Shown one piece after another: positions 48,135-61,000 of a stretch of DNA of 64,000 nt. The translations under genes and the position numbers were made by a program. Below the pieces are notes generated by a model. The model was not told where the DNA came from, ran no database searches, and saw only the letters and a program-made list of their open reading frames with translations. Location of the stretch: the NCBI RefSeq assembly GCF_902713615.1, contig NC_052158.1:53042823-53106822 (forward strand), given 5' to 3'. Origin of the DNA: Scyliorhinus canicula. Taxonomy: Eukaryota. Numbering within the stretch: position 1 is the first letter of the stretch; every line of letters begins with the position of its first letter.

Positions 48135-49229
48135 ATAGATTGCTTTCTGGGCGGGATTAGTGGGGTCATTCCTGCAACATCCCAGCACTTTTTCCTCGTC
48201 CACACGAGGACGGTTCGCCATTGTCCAGAAGCGAGATATTCTGGTCCCACCGTTGTCAATGGTGATTTCTGTTGCGGGGTTGTGCATCGTCAGTGGGACT
48301 GAAAAGAATGGCTGGAAACTTCCGCTCCATTAATCCAGTGTGTTTGAATCCTGTTTCCCAATTTGAAAATTCGTCCCTGCTAATTCATTTCAACTTTGGA
48401 AATTTTACAAACCTATGCTTCTACTCATTTGGCAAAGGAATTCCTTACAATTCAACGATATTTTCCTCCAAATTTATTATTTTATTCCATTCAGGCCTAA
48501 GGGTGATGCTTAAAAATCCTGACAATTGGATGGCCTCCATGATAAACATTCCTTCGTGCAGAAGATTATATCAATCAAGGCTTTTGAGTCTGACTGGAAT
48601 GGGAAATATTTAAACAATGTAGACGATGTTCGGAAATTGCACACTGCCTGTCATTTCTACATTTGCTGAACCAAATTACTGGCAATATGTTGTTTCTAGA
48701 GTTGGATCCAATGCAGATATTTCCACCTCCAGGTGTTTCAACTGGGGTTGGATTTCGGTACCTGTGCGATAACATCTGCTGATATTACAAGATGTGGAAA
48801 CAATGGGCGAGAATTTACACAACTGTTTGCAATAGGAGGGAATGAAGTCGGGGGCGGGGGGGAGGGGGGGGGATGTGCAAAATACCACGGTTGCCAAGGA
48901 TTTACAACGGTAAGATTTCCCGCACAAATATCCTCAGCCCCCTCTATTGGCATTGATGTAGTTCCCACCGAGAAAGGCGGGGGCGGGGGGGGGGGGGGGG
49001 GGGGGTTGTGGGGGAGAACCCGTTTGAATTCATTACTATATCTTTCGCAGAATGTCTCACTATAACCTACCCCGGCTTGATAATGTGACTCTGATGTTGT
49101 GACGTCATGCTGGTGGGTTTTGCAACAGTTTTTTAAAAACGGAAACCTGACAGCCTCACTTCCGAAGGGGTTAAGAGGTAAGCGGACATTGAGCTCAGGT
49201 AGCGGGTTTATGAGGAGATATAATAATAA

Positions 49230-49763
49230 CTTTTTAAAAAATTTACAGTACCCAATTATTTTTTTTCCCAATTAGGGGACAATTTAGCGTGGCCAATCCA
49301 CCTACCCTGCATATCTTTGGGTTGTAGGGGTGAAACCCACACAGACACTGGGTGAATGTGCAAACTCCACATGGACAGTGACCCAGGGCCAGGATGCAAA
49401 CCCGGGTCCTCAGCGCCATAGGCAGTAGTGCTAACCACTGTGCCGCCATGCTGCCTTAGATATTGTAATAATAATAATCTTTATTGTCAAAAGTAGGCTT
49501 ACATTAACACTGCAATTAAGTTACTGTGAAAATCACATTCCAGCGCCTGTTCGGGTACACAGAGGGAGAATTCAGAATGTCCTAAATTACCTAACAGCAT
49601 GTCTTTCAGGACTGTGGGAGGAAACCGGAGCACCCGGGGAAAACCCATGCAGACACGGGGAGAACGTGCGGACTCCACACAGAGAGTGACCCAAGCCGGG
49701 AATCGAACCTAGCACCCTGCCGCTGTGAAGGCGCAGTGCTAACTACTGCTACCGTGCTGCCCA
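49230..49763 (-). mobile_element. Two tandem V-SINEs: short subfamily (~49230-49455) and (TTA)n-tail subfamily (~49462-49763)
   Basis: Two GGCAGCA(T/C)GG heads on the minus strand, matching the copies at 34070-34296 and 36710-37000 respectively. Confidence 0.88.
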
Positions 49764-49993
49764 AGAGAGCAACAGTAATGTTTAATACATTGGCAAATTC
49801 GGTTTAATCCTTACATAAGTGTTCGCTATCTACAATTCCTGAACACCAGTGCCCACTCGGTGCAACAAAACTCTTTCCACCTTCCTAAACCCACCTCTAC
49901 ATTTCGGTGTCTGCCCAGGATCCACAGCAAAAGTGGAGGCAACCTTCTGTCTGCGGCACCCTGTTGTCTGTGTTGACATTGGCGGTTGTCCTC

Positions 49994-52900
49994 TGTTAGA
50001 CGTTTTAGTTGCTGTGGCATGAAGAGTCAAAAGTTCTGTTCCTTTTTCACCAACATTTATTGCATTCCAACTGACTCTGCACAAAACTCTAACTACCCAT
50101 CACCAGACCCAGAGGCCACCTGAAGCCCCTTTACATATCAGTGTCAATTATTAGATACTTAACATAAATGAGACAACTAATTGCAATGTCTCTTAACCAT
50201 TACTTAACAGTCTCCCCTTCCTTGGAGAAAAAAAATAATTAGGTGAAAACAAAATTTCAGGAAACTCAAAAACACACACGTGATTTCCCCCTCCCCTCTT
50301 TTTTAATTTTTGTTTGGAAGAGAAAGAAAAAAAACAGTCACAGAAAGAAGCACCCTTCATTAACAATATCCAAAAGTTTCTGGGAACTAGCCCCTCTTTT
50401 CGTAAAACAATCTGACAATTAATAGCTACTGTCGACCCATTTAATTTTTGTTATTTCCCCTCTGTCCAACATCTGCTTCAAACTTGCGATGTCTATCCGT
50501 AACCTCTTTTCATTGAAACTTTTTGGAGAGTGTACATTTTCTCACAGGGATTTATTGTCAATGTGACAGTCAATAGGTATATTACCCAAATCCCTTAATC
50601 CAAAATTTTTGTCACTACCTGATTTATATAAAAGGCCATATCCACCGCCTCTACAAGGCTTAACGTCTCAGCAGAGAAAGTGCTTTTCACCACTCTCCTT
50701 CTTTTCTTTGTTTCCCACATAAGAGAGCAACATTTACCATTGTTCCCCAAAAATAAAAATATAAAACCTCCTGCGCTTCAAACCCCATCACATAAATTTG
50801 CATAGGACACATCACTATAAACTGAGTTTCAAATGCCTAGGATCACCTAAGACAGGGAACTTCAAAACACACATTTTCAAAACAAGCATTTTTAGTTTGG
50901 CCAACGCTTTATTTGCTCTTATTATGTCTTCCACTTTGGGATCATTCATTTTTGTACTCAACTCTAAGACATCAAAACTCAGGTCCGGTCGAGTCTGTCT
51001 ACCTAACCAGTTCAGTTGCCCAATTAAACTTCGCAGTTGCTCTTTTTGTACCTTTGAAACCATTGCACCTTTTTGTGAAACTTGGCCATGACTAATTGCT
51101 ATTGGGCTGGTGCTTTCCAAATAAGATTGCTGACGTAAAGTCTGTCCGATTTCCAGTCCAAGATTTTTAAATGCACCGGAAGCCTGACTTCCAACCCTGA
51201 ATTCTTTCCTCAAACCAGAGATTACAATAGCTTCAAAATCACTAGGCGACCCCACAAAAAATCATCGACATGCATCATAAAGATGGCAGAAAGATTTCCT
51301 CTATAGTGCCAGTAAAACATTGCAGGATCTGCTTTCAACTGGCAACAGCCTAACTTTAACAAAACTGACCTTACCGAAAAACACCAGATTCTAGATGCAT
51401 CATTTAATCCAGATACACATTTGTTCAACTTCCAGAGTACCCCTTCTGTGTTAGCTGCTTCTTTAGGAGGACGGAGAAAAATGTCGCTCTGGAGCTGATG
51501 CCCCTGCAGAAAGGCAGCTTTTATATCTATAGATTTGCATTCCCATGCCTTTGTAGCTATTGGGCCAAGATGATCTTTAAAATAACCTTTCCTGCTGTCA
51601 GTGAATCTACCCTTAAATCCTGATCTTCTAAGTTTTCTTCAAATACCCTTGCCACAAGCCTGGCCTTTGCCTTATAAGTTCCATCCGGAAGAACCTTTTC
51701 CGTGCAAATCCATCTGTGGGATAGAGCTCTTTGTCCCCTATCCAGTACTTCCGTGTGTACCCCAAATTCACTCCAACTATTCAATTCTTGCTGTTTAGCA
51801 TCTTTGATAACTTTTTCATTGAATTTATTTGTAGCCGCCAAAATCCCACGTGCAAGTGGGCTTTTACTCCTATTTGTATTCGTAGTCTTACTCATGTTCC
51901 GAGACCTTGATAAACTACGTCCCCTCTCCTGCCTGGTATCTCGTTCTGTACTGCGACTGCTTGATCTTTCCCTTCTACTGTGGGATGTCCTTTCAATAGT
52001 TCTGGACCTTTTCCTGTGAACCTGTTCACTATCCGATGTACTATCTGAACTGGCAGTGTGTTTCTGTGCCCTGCATTTTTGAACTTCGTGTTCCCAAACC
52101 ATTGTCTTGGCTCCCTCCCCTGAATGCTGTATATTCAACCAATGTTTATACTTTCCAGTGGCCTTCCCTGCTCCACAAATAACAGTTGTATCCTTCCATT
52201 GACTAGACCCTTCAGGCAAGAATGTCACTTTTGTACCAACTTTTGGCAGTTGTCCTTTCGGAAAAATGGCCTGTTCTAATTCATCAGAAGTGTTGTGTTC
52301 CTCTCTAGAAGCCCTGTCGATATCAGTTAACGGGTCCTCATAGTTCTGTAACAAGAGTACATGCTCTGACTAAATTTGAAAATTTGTAATCAGTACCCAT
52401 TATCCTTGATGAATGTACCCTAACAGTTTGATTGCCATGCTGCAAAATAATTGTTTTGTCATCCATGCCTATGATCTTCCCTGGACCTTTCCATTCATTA
52501 AAATTCTCTCTCTTATAGTGTACCATGTCTCCTTGCTGGAAAAAGATATTTGATGGCCATACATTATGCCTTAAACCTCTGTGAATTCTTTCAGAGACTT
52601 CTGTTTCCAAAAAGGCTTTTCTACCACTATGCAATGCACTTAAATGTTCAGCAAAACCAGAGCTAACTGTAGTTCCCTCCCAAGCTGGAGGCTGGTCATC
52701 CAAAATGGATGGAATTTTAGGATTTCTACCAAACACTAATTGATAAGGACTATAGCCCCCAAGCAGCTGCAATGCATTCTTTGCATGTACCGCCCATGCT
52801 AAAGCTGAACTTAGCCTGCAGTTTGGTCGATCTGCCAAAATTTTCCAAAGCATGTCATCGATGACAGCATGATTTCTTTCATAGACACCATTACTAAATG

Positions 52901-55900
52901 GGCTTTCTGCAGCCGTATTCATAACTCTGATACTCACGTTTTCACGCATATCCCTAAACTCATCATTAGCAAATTCTCCCTCATTGTCCGTAAGGAATTT
53001 TGCCGGTGGACCCATTCCTGTCCCTATCCATTTTTCCACCATTTGATCCAGAATTACTCTCTTTTCTTTACTTAGTACAGTCGTTGATTGACTAAATCTG
53101 GTTGCTAAATCTACAAAATGCGAAATAAATATATTATTGGCTTAAATCTTTCAGCCTCCGAGGAGATGGATGTGCAACTTGCCCATGCAGTTTTAATACA
53201 ACAAGCTTCTTATCAGCTAAAGTCTCATTTTCAACTGCCATTAACACATCCTTAACCACTCTAATTGAAATATTATTTGTCAGTAATGGAGTACAATAGT
53301 GTCCCGACTGTGTAAATTGTAAGTCCACCGTCTTTCCAAAAACTGTTGCCGTATCCTGTTCCATATCCAGTTTCATGTGTGCTTTCTTCATCGACAGTCT
53401 GCTCAGAAGAAAAAGTATCTCACTTGATAAAACATCCGTGCTAATGAAATGATTCACTCCGGCAATATTACAAGAGATCACCACTCTTTTCAGTGACTTC
53501 AGAGTATTATCTTTTTTTTTTTTTATTTTTTTTTTTTTATTTTTTTATTGGAATTTTTTGCAGAAAATATAACAAAAAGTATAGCCAAAAGCGGTAATAT
53601 GCAACTAACAGCCCCATAACACCCACAATTCCCCCCATACCGTAACATCACATGTATCACATTCCCCCACCCCCCCCCAAACAAGAGAACTTAACCATAA
53701 ATTAAAATTAGATAAATCAAATTTAAATAAAATAAGCTAAGATAATCAACGCCCCCCCCCCCCCCCCCCCCCCCCCACCCCGGGTTGCTGATGCTACTGT
53801 CCCAGTACCCTATCGTTGAGCCAGAAAGTCGAGGAAAGGTTGCCACCGTTTAAAGAACCCTTGCACCGATCCTCTCAGGGCGAATTTAACCTTCTCAAGC
53901 TTAATAAAGCCCGCCATGTCATTGATCCAGGTCTCCACGCTTGGGGGCCTCGCGTCCTTCCACTGTAGCAAAATCCTTCGCCGGGCTACTAGGGACGCAA
54001 AGGCCAGCACACCGGCCTCTTTCGCCTCCTGCACTCCCGGCTCTACCCCAACCCCAAAGATCGCGAGCCCCCATCCTGGCTTGACCCTGGATCCCACCAC
54101 CCTTGACACCGTCCTCGCCACCCCCTTCCAGAACTCCTCCAATGCCGGGCATGCCCAGAACATATGGACATGGTTCGCTGGACTTCCCGAACACCTGGCA
54201 CACCTATCTTCACCCCCAAAGAACCTATTCATCCTCGTCCCAGTCATGTGGGCCCTATGCAGCACCTTGAATTGGATGAGGCTAAGCCGCGCACACGAGG
54301 AGGAAGAATTTACCCTCTCCAGGGCATCAGCCCATGTCCCGTCTTCGATCTGTTCCCCCAGTTCCCCCTCCCACTTCGTTTTCAGCTCCTCTACTGACGC
54401 CTCTTCCTTCTCCTGCATAAGCTTGTAGATATCGGATATCTTCCCCTCCCCGACCCAGACCCCCGAGAGCACCCTGTCACTAACCCCCTTCGCGGGGAGC
54501 GCAGGGAATCCCTCCACCTGCCGTCTAGCAAATGCCTTTACCTGCAGATATCTAAACATGTTTCCCGGCGGGAGCCCAAATTTCTCTTCCAACTCCCCCA
54601 GGCTCGCAAACCTTCCGTCGATAAACAGGTCCTTCAGCTGTCTAATGCCCGCTCTATACCATCCCCGAAATCCCCCATCCATGTTCCCCGGGACGAACCG
54701 ACTTCAGAGTATTATCATCCCCAAACCTGAAACTTGTGGAACTTTCAAATTCCTTAACCTTGTTACGATTTTTAGCATTCAAGGCGTCCAGATAACATTT
54801 TAGCCAGTCAATCCCACACACAGTAGAGGTACAGCCACTGTCCAATACAGCACAGTTGAAGGATTTTGCAAACAACACCCTCATTACTGGCATAAAACTG
54901 CTTGTTAATAGGACAATGCCTTCTTTCTGATCACTATCTTTTTCCTCTTATGACTCTTCCATGTCATGTGTCGCTTCAAACACTCTATCATAAAGAGTTG
55001 GACAGTTTAAAGCATAATGGTATTGAGAGTCACATCAAAAACATCGATTTATCATGCCCTGTGCATTTCTGGGGTTCATCTTCCTATTGTAGGTTCTAAC
55101 TGGGTTTCTGTCTTCATAATTTTCTTGACACGGTCTCCTTCTATAGTCTTGAGCCCAGTTCGTAGCCATACGATTTTGCCATCCTGTTAGTAGTGTATCT
55201 TCCATATTCTGCCTTATTGCAGGCTGACCTATTTGGGTCATCAGAGCCATTGGAATCTAATGTTTCCCCGGAAAGTTTTGTAAAGCGTTTGTCATCTGTT
55301 CAAATAAGGTATCCTTATCCATAAACTGAACTCCTGTCAAAACCAGGAGCCTACCCATGTTGCTCACTCTAGCACAGTGGAAATTCCAGGTTATGTTTCT
55401 GCAGCCTTTTACATAGTCTGCCAAATTCCATTATATCGTCTTCCATGGAGAAATCCTCCATTTTCCGGAACATCAAAATTCAACCATGCTTCATACGCAC
55501 TTAACAAGTCATATTTCTTATAAATCTTATCCATATAATGTAATAAAGTCACCAGACCTTCTTCTGAGTCTAACTCTTCCAATTCCAGCTCAGAAACTGC
55601 TTTGTTTTGGATTTTACAGCCATATGGTACAGAAAGAGCCAATACCATGCCTTGTTTTCTCTTTCCCAAAGCAGTTACCTTAGTCCACATAACTACTGCA
55701 CTTCTCCATTGGTCGTACGATTCCCTTTGAGAAAATATCCCTTTGAGATAGTCATATCCAGCCATCTTTATCCGAGGTTCAGCCATATATTCCTTTTTTT
55801 TCACTCACTCCTTGGTTTGATCTGGAAAAGTATCTTTCAACCCTTCACATTTACACAGCAACCATCCTCTGCTACCAATTGTTAGAAGTTTTAGTTGCTG

Positions 55901-56100
55901 TGGCATGAAGAGTCAAAAGTTCTGTTCCTTTTTCACCAACACACATTTATTTCATTCCAACGGACTCTGCACAAAACTCTAACGAAACAACACCAGACCC
56001 AGAGGCTAGCTGAAGCCCCTTGACATATCAGTGTCACTTATTGGATACTTAACATAAATGAGACAACTAATTGCAATGTCTTTTAACCCATTACTTAACA
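49994..56100 (-). mobile_element. Copia (Ty1) LTR retrotransposon, GalEa-like; LTRs 49994-50209 and 55880-56100, 5-bp TSD TCCTC, iMet PBS; decayed ORF
   Basis: Domain order gag - protease (AVLDSGCTSTVCG) - integrase (TDNEGEF, ESPFSNGVYERNH) - RT (RWICTEK..KAKARLVARVF) - RNase H; PBS TGGTAGCAGAGGATGGTT (55877-55860); PPT ~50210-50224; TCCTC at 49989-49993 and 56101-56105. Confidence 0.93.
53512..54699 (-). mobile_element. 5'-truncated L1 with poly(A) tail and perfect 17-bp TSD, inserted in the Copia protease region
   Basis: GACTTCAGAGTATTATC at 53495-53511 and 54700-54716; uninterrupted 290-aa ORF2 C-terminus (53810..54682) with zinc finger CARCSGSPANHVHMFWAC. Confidence 0.96.
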
Positions 56101-56105
56101 TCCTC

Positions 56106-57095
56106 TGGGGAATCTGAGGCCTAGAGTGCCCCAGGATGCATTTGGGGTGCTGTAATGTGGCAGCGTTACCCTCCTCGTTGCGCAAGGTTGGAGAGGGAAT
56201 GGTCAGAGAAGGTAGGGGTCAGATGGGCTGGACACTCCCAGAACCTCCCGAGTGGAAGACCTTGGCCGACAGACCTTCTCTCTGAGGGTGCTCTGAGGGT
56301 GCTCTGGGCCCTTGGCTTCCAGAAGAACCGCTGCAGTGAGATGCAGAAGCCTGGCCATCCTCTGGCACTGACATTCATGGATGTTCACACTGTCCACCAT
56401 GGAAGTCATGGCCTCCATTAGAGCAGGTCAGACGTCCTGCAACAAAGTCTCTACTGTGGGATCCACCCTCGCAGTATTGCCTAGCTGCCTCGGAGTGGCA
56501 CGAGTGTATGGAGACAGCATGAGTATATAAGAGAATGCATAAGGGTTTGGTGAGCTGGGCGATCAGATTCGGGGTCCTCACTTTTATTTTTCTTGCTCAG
56601 TGTCCCCTCAGTGTAGGAGTAGTCCTATCTTTCCCCGGCAGGCAGGATGGCTCATTCCTTAAATTCTGTTAGGAATTTCAACTTGTCCACTCATCTATGC
56701 TCTCTCCCAGCAGCTGTGAGTGAGCTTTTCCTGCAAGGGAACAGATGGGGAGAGTGTGAGCAGATCATGGACCAGTTGTACGTCCACATGTGCGTGAGGT
56801 TGATGAGAACAGCGAGTTACCCTGACTGAGTGGAGGAGGTGATTCATTCTCTTCCTGCACGACACTCCCAACCTTATGTGCAGGGAGTTGGTACTTACCA
56901 GCGCTGCCACGACCGCCCGTACTGGGTTTGTGACCTCGCTGGAGGGGCTCCTTCCCGACCGAGGGTAAAGGTTCCAGAGTCTCCAGTATTCTGGTCAGTT
57001 CTTGGTCTGGAAACTTTAGCGCGGACTTACTGGCAGCCATTCTCTGCTTTGAGCTTGGAACAGGATCTGGGGAAGTGCTTAACTGTAGCTCCCCA
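56106..57095 (-). mobile_element. Harbinger Myb/SANT-like gene remnant
   Basis: ORF 56765..57127 MAASKSALKFPDQELTRILETLE..VVQEENE resembles the other two Myb/SANT remnants; donor-like GTAAGT/GTGAGT sites. Confidence 0.6.
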
Positions 57096-57099
57096 CGGG

Positions 57100-57411
57100 A
57101 GCAGCACGGTAGCACAGTGAATAGCACTGTGGCTTCACAACTCCAGGGTCCCAGGTTCGATTCCCCGCTGGGTCACTGTCTGTGCGGAGTCTGCACGTTG
57201 TCCCCGTGGATGGGTTTCCTCCAGGTGCTCCGTTTCCTCCCACAGTCCAAAGATGTGCAGGTGTGTGGATTGGCCATGCTAAATTGCCCTTAGTGTTCAA
57301 AAAGGTTAGGAGGGGTTAGTGGGTTACAGGCATAGGGTGGAAGTGAGGGCTTAAGTGAGTCGGTGCAGACTCGATGGGCCGAATGGCCTCCTTCTGCATT
57401 CTATGTTCTAT
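57100..57411 (+). mobile_element. V-SINE (HE1-like)
   Basis: Head, V-domain, tail ending (TATGTTC)n. Confidence 0.93.
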
Positions 57412-57727
57412 GTTCACTCAGCCTGAAGACGGGCCGGGTCAATCAGATTCCGTTCACCGCCTGGCAGACGTAAAACTCGAGAATTTTCTTTTGGTGGTCT
57501 CAGTGGCTAAAGATCCGGCAGGAAAAATTGCTACCTGTGGGCAACACACCAGTTTTCCCGTTCGACTTGACACTTTGACAAAAGATCAGAAAGTTCCGCA
57601 TGTTATGTTAAATCCTCTAGATTTAGAAATTCCAATGTGCTGTTTATATTCAGCTCAGCAAACTGGATGCTTTATTCAGTTGCAGGGTGTGGAACTGATT
57701 TTTACCGTTACCAGTTTCTCAGTCAAA

Positions 57728-57916
57728 GGGCAGGATTTTCCGCACCCCCTGTGGTGTGTGTTGCAGAGGCGGAGACAGCCCGCCATTGGCCGTGGTGGGA
57801 ATTTCTGGCCCCGCCGTTGTCAACGGGCTTCCCTTTTATATGGCACCTCGCTGCCAGGTTCGCTATCGGCTGGACTGGGAAATCCCACCAGCATGAACGT
57901 CTGGACAATTCCGGCC
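57728..57916. mobile_element. MITE, ~189 bp, 3-bp TSD AAA
   Basis: TIRs GGGCAGGATTTTCC / GGCCGGAATTGTCC; AAA on both flanks; similar in size and ends to 47947-48134. Confidence 0.6.
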
Positions 57917-58049
57917 AAAGAAACTGTTTCGAGAGCACAACACTTTGTCACAACTTTGCGAAAGTTCAAATGGCTTCAGGCTAGAGGTCGAAGCATCACT
58001 GAGGTAATGTTAGCTTCTGTCACCAACTCTGTTGTTGATTGGATCACTG

Positions 58050-61000
58050 TGTCATGTTTACATAGAATTTACAGTGTAGAAGGAGGCCATTCTGCCCATC
58101 GAGTCTGCACCGGCTCTTGGAAAGAGCACCCCACCCCCTATCCAAGGTCAACACCTCCACCCTATCCCCATTACCCAGTAACCCCACCCAACACTAAAGG
58201 CAATTTTGGACACCAAGGGAAATTTATCATGGCCAATCCACCTAACCTGCACATCTTTGGACTGTGGGAGGAAACCGGAGCACCCGGAGGAAACCCACGC
58301 ACACACGGGGAGGATGTGCAGACTCCGCACAGACAGTGACCCAAGCCGGAATCGAACCTGGGACCCTGGAGCTGTGAAGCGATTGTGCTATCCACAAGGC
58401 TACCGTGCTGCCCGTACCTTTGTGAGAGTACCTTTAAGCAATGGATGTTTAAGCAATGTACCTTTAAGAAATGGAGCAGCTCATATTACTGAAGTGATGT
58501 CAGAGGGGGGAGCTGAGCTGAGATCACTTCTGCTTTTAGTTTCAGTTTGAGAAAGCGGCTGAAAAGTGCCTGGCTGATATGCTGTGAGCTGTTTAGAAAG
58601 GAGAAAGCCAGTTTGTAGGAAAAGAGCTTGGGTGTGTCTGTGATTTGCAGGGAGCTGGATTTTCTGTGATCTCTGCCATGAAAAACTATCTCTGAATCAT
58701 TTGGGTGATTTAAACTCACAATAGTAATGTCTTTTGTTGCTCGTTCTGGGTGAGTGCGCTTTACACTCAAGTTGCTCTGTTTTATTCCTTAGCTCTAGAG
58801 TCGCCAGGTATCCTTATGATTCAAGATTCAAGTTCAGATCAATGACTCAATACACCAGTTAGCAAGTTCAAACAAGACACGTTTATTATTACACAGTTAT
58901 TTACTACTCATGCACATAATACTAAGACTAAACTGTTCCTACCACTACTAGGCCAATACTTATCTGAAATAAGGGAACTGCCGGATCAGGGAACAATGGC
59001 CTCTTGCTTTGTCCTGGATCCGCAGGGTTCCAGTTGGTGTGGACTAAAGGGGTCAGGAGTGTCTACTCTCGTAGCGTGCGTTGTATGACACTTACTTGTC
59101 GGTGTAGCAATTAGCCAGGCCTCTCCTTCTCACGTTCACGGTCCTGGAGAGCTGCTGCAAAGGTGTTCTGCTGGGAGGGCCGGCTAAGAGCGAGGAGGGC
59201 TGGCTAAGAGAGCCTGGCTAAGAGAGAGCTGGGGTCGGGGTCTCTGTCTTATACGGTTTTCCTCTGTGGGGGCTGTTCTGTCCCCCATTTACCCATGCGG
59301 GGTTTTGGTGAGCTCTTACTGCTTGGATGTCTACCTCGGTTTGCCCCTCCTCGGGCTTCTTAAATGCTATCTTACCATGAATAGATTGCTCCCAAGCGCG
59401 GGACAATCTTTTCAAGACCCATTTTTAATTACGGGCCTCTTCTGAGGGGGTCGTAATTAGAGCAGGCTTTCTATCCTGCCTCTGTGGCGTGGGAGATAAT
59501 AGTGCGGGTCCATTTAACCATGTTATCTTGGGTCAAATGTGCACGGTCTAATTCACCAAAAACTGCAGTGAAGTGAATCCACAGCCTTCCTGCAAATGCT
59601 GTGGGGTGCTCGGTCTTTTTCTGCCTACATCTGTTTAGGCCTTCTACTGGGTCTCCTCTGTTGTACCCTATCGCATCCAAAATAGCTGTATGCATCTCTT
59701 CGAGGGTGCCTCCTCCAACATTCTGTGGGTCGGGGAGGGCTGCAACTACTGATGAGTCTAAACTCAAAACTGTGAGCTTAACCTGCTCTCGCGCATCAAG
59801 GCCGTACATGGTCGCCTGCTGTTTAACTTTTGCAAAGAATTGGTGGGAAGTGGGGAGGAACGGGGTGATTTTCTCACACGCGTCCCTTAGTTGAGTCACG
59901 GTTAAGGGGGTGGTGTAGGTGATCTTGGGTGCGCCGTCTGCGGTTGCTTTTCGTTGGGTGGTGACTGGGTTCATTGGTGCGGGTGCTATCTGATCTGTGG
60001 GGGGTTGGGGCGCTTCCCTTTTCTGCTGCGTTTTGAGCGCACATGTTCCCTGAACATATCGGTGCGCTGTCTCGCTTAACTCCTGCCAATCTGGTGCATT
60101 CTCTTCCTGTAATTGTGTTCCAAAGGTTTCTTGGAAGCCATTCTGCACAGAAAGCAGAGATTGCAGCTCCGCAATCTGCTTCCTACACTTAGCATGGTCC
60201 ACCTTTGCTCAGTGGTGGCAGCATGGAGTATCCTTAAAGCTGCCTTCAGGTCGCTACACTGCTTCTTCAGTGTCTCTACCTGCTTCTCTGATTCTTGTCT
60301 TATCAAGACTGCACGCTGCACATCCTGATAGGCTTTTTTGTATTGTACCTGGGAGCTGCTCAGATGGGCTAGACAAGTCTGGTGTGCCCTCTTGGCATCA
60401 TCCACCTCTCTATCCTTATCTGCCAACTTCTTTCTTAATTCTAGATTCTCTCTCTGACATCCACTTTACTCATGCGATGCCTTTCCTCTAATTCTGCTCG
60501 GATCGTCCTGGCGACCTCCTCTGTGCCTCGCAATTGTGCCAACCAGGACACAATTGCCATCGGCTTACGTGCTTTACCTAAATTCCTTTTGTGAATTACG
60601 CTCAGGTCCTCCCACCAAGTATGTCCTGTACTCCCGAGGCCTGTTTCCTCATTTGAACAGAATTCGCTCCAAAGGGGCCATCCTTTCCCTTTGAGGTACT
60701 TCCTGATCTCTTGTTCCCAAACGGGACACTGACCTACTCTGCTGGTCGCTGCGACCACAAACTCTTGTGGGTGCATGAGGCGTTCCATTGCCTGCATGGC
60801 CATCTCTTTCTCAATGCTCTCTCTTAAATTTAGAACAAGAGATGCTAAGGCGGTGTTAGAAAATACGGGTACGGCTTTCGCTATTTTCCGAAGTATAAAC
60901 TCCCGACAGTTTGTCGCTACAAAAATCTCTCAGTTTTACTTTATAACCCTGTTAGTTACGCATGCAAAAACACACTTCCGAATTATGAGGATTGATGTGA

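Noticed and set aside
48140-48790. Coding-like minus-strand stretch (ORF 47879..48259 and upstream)
   Set aside because: Many in-frame stops and no motif I can recognise; it cannot be assigned without a homology search.
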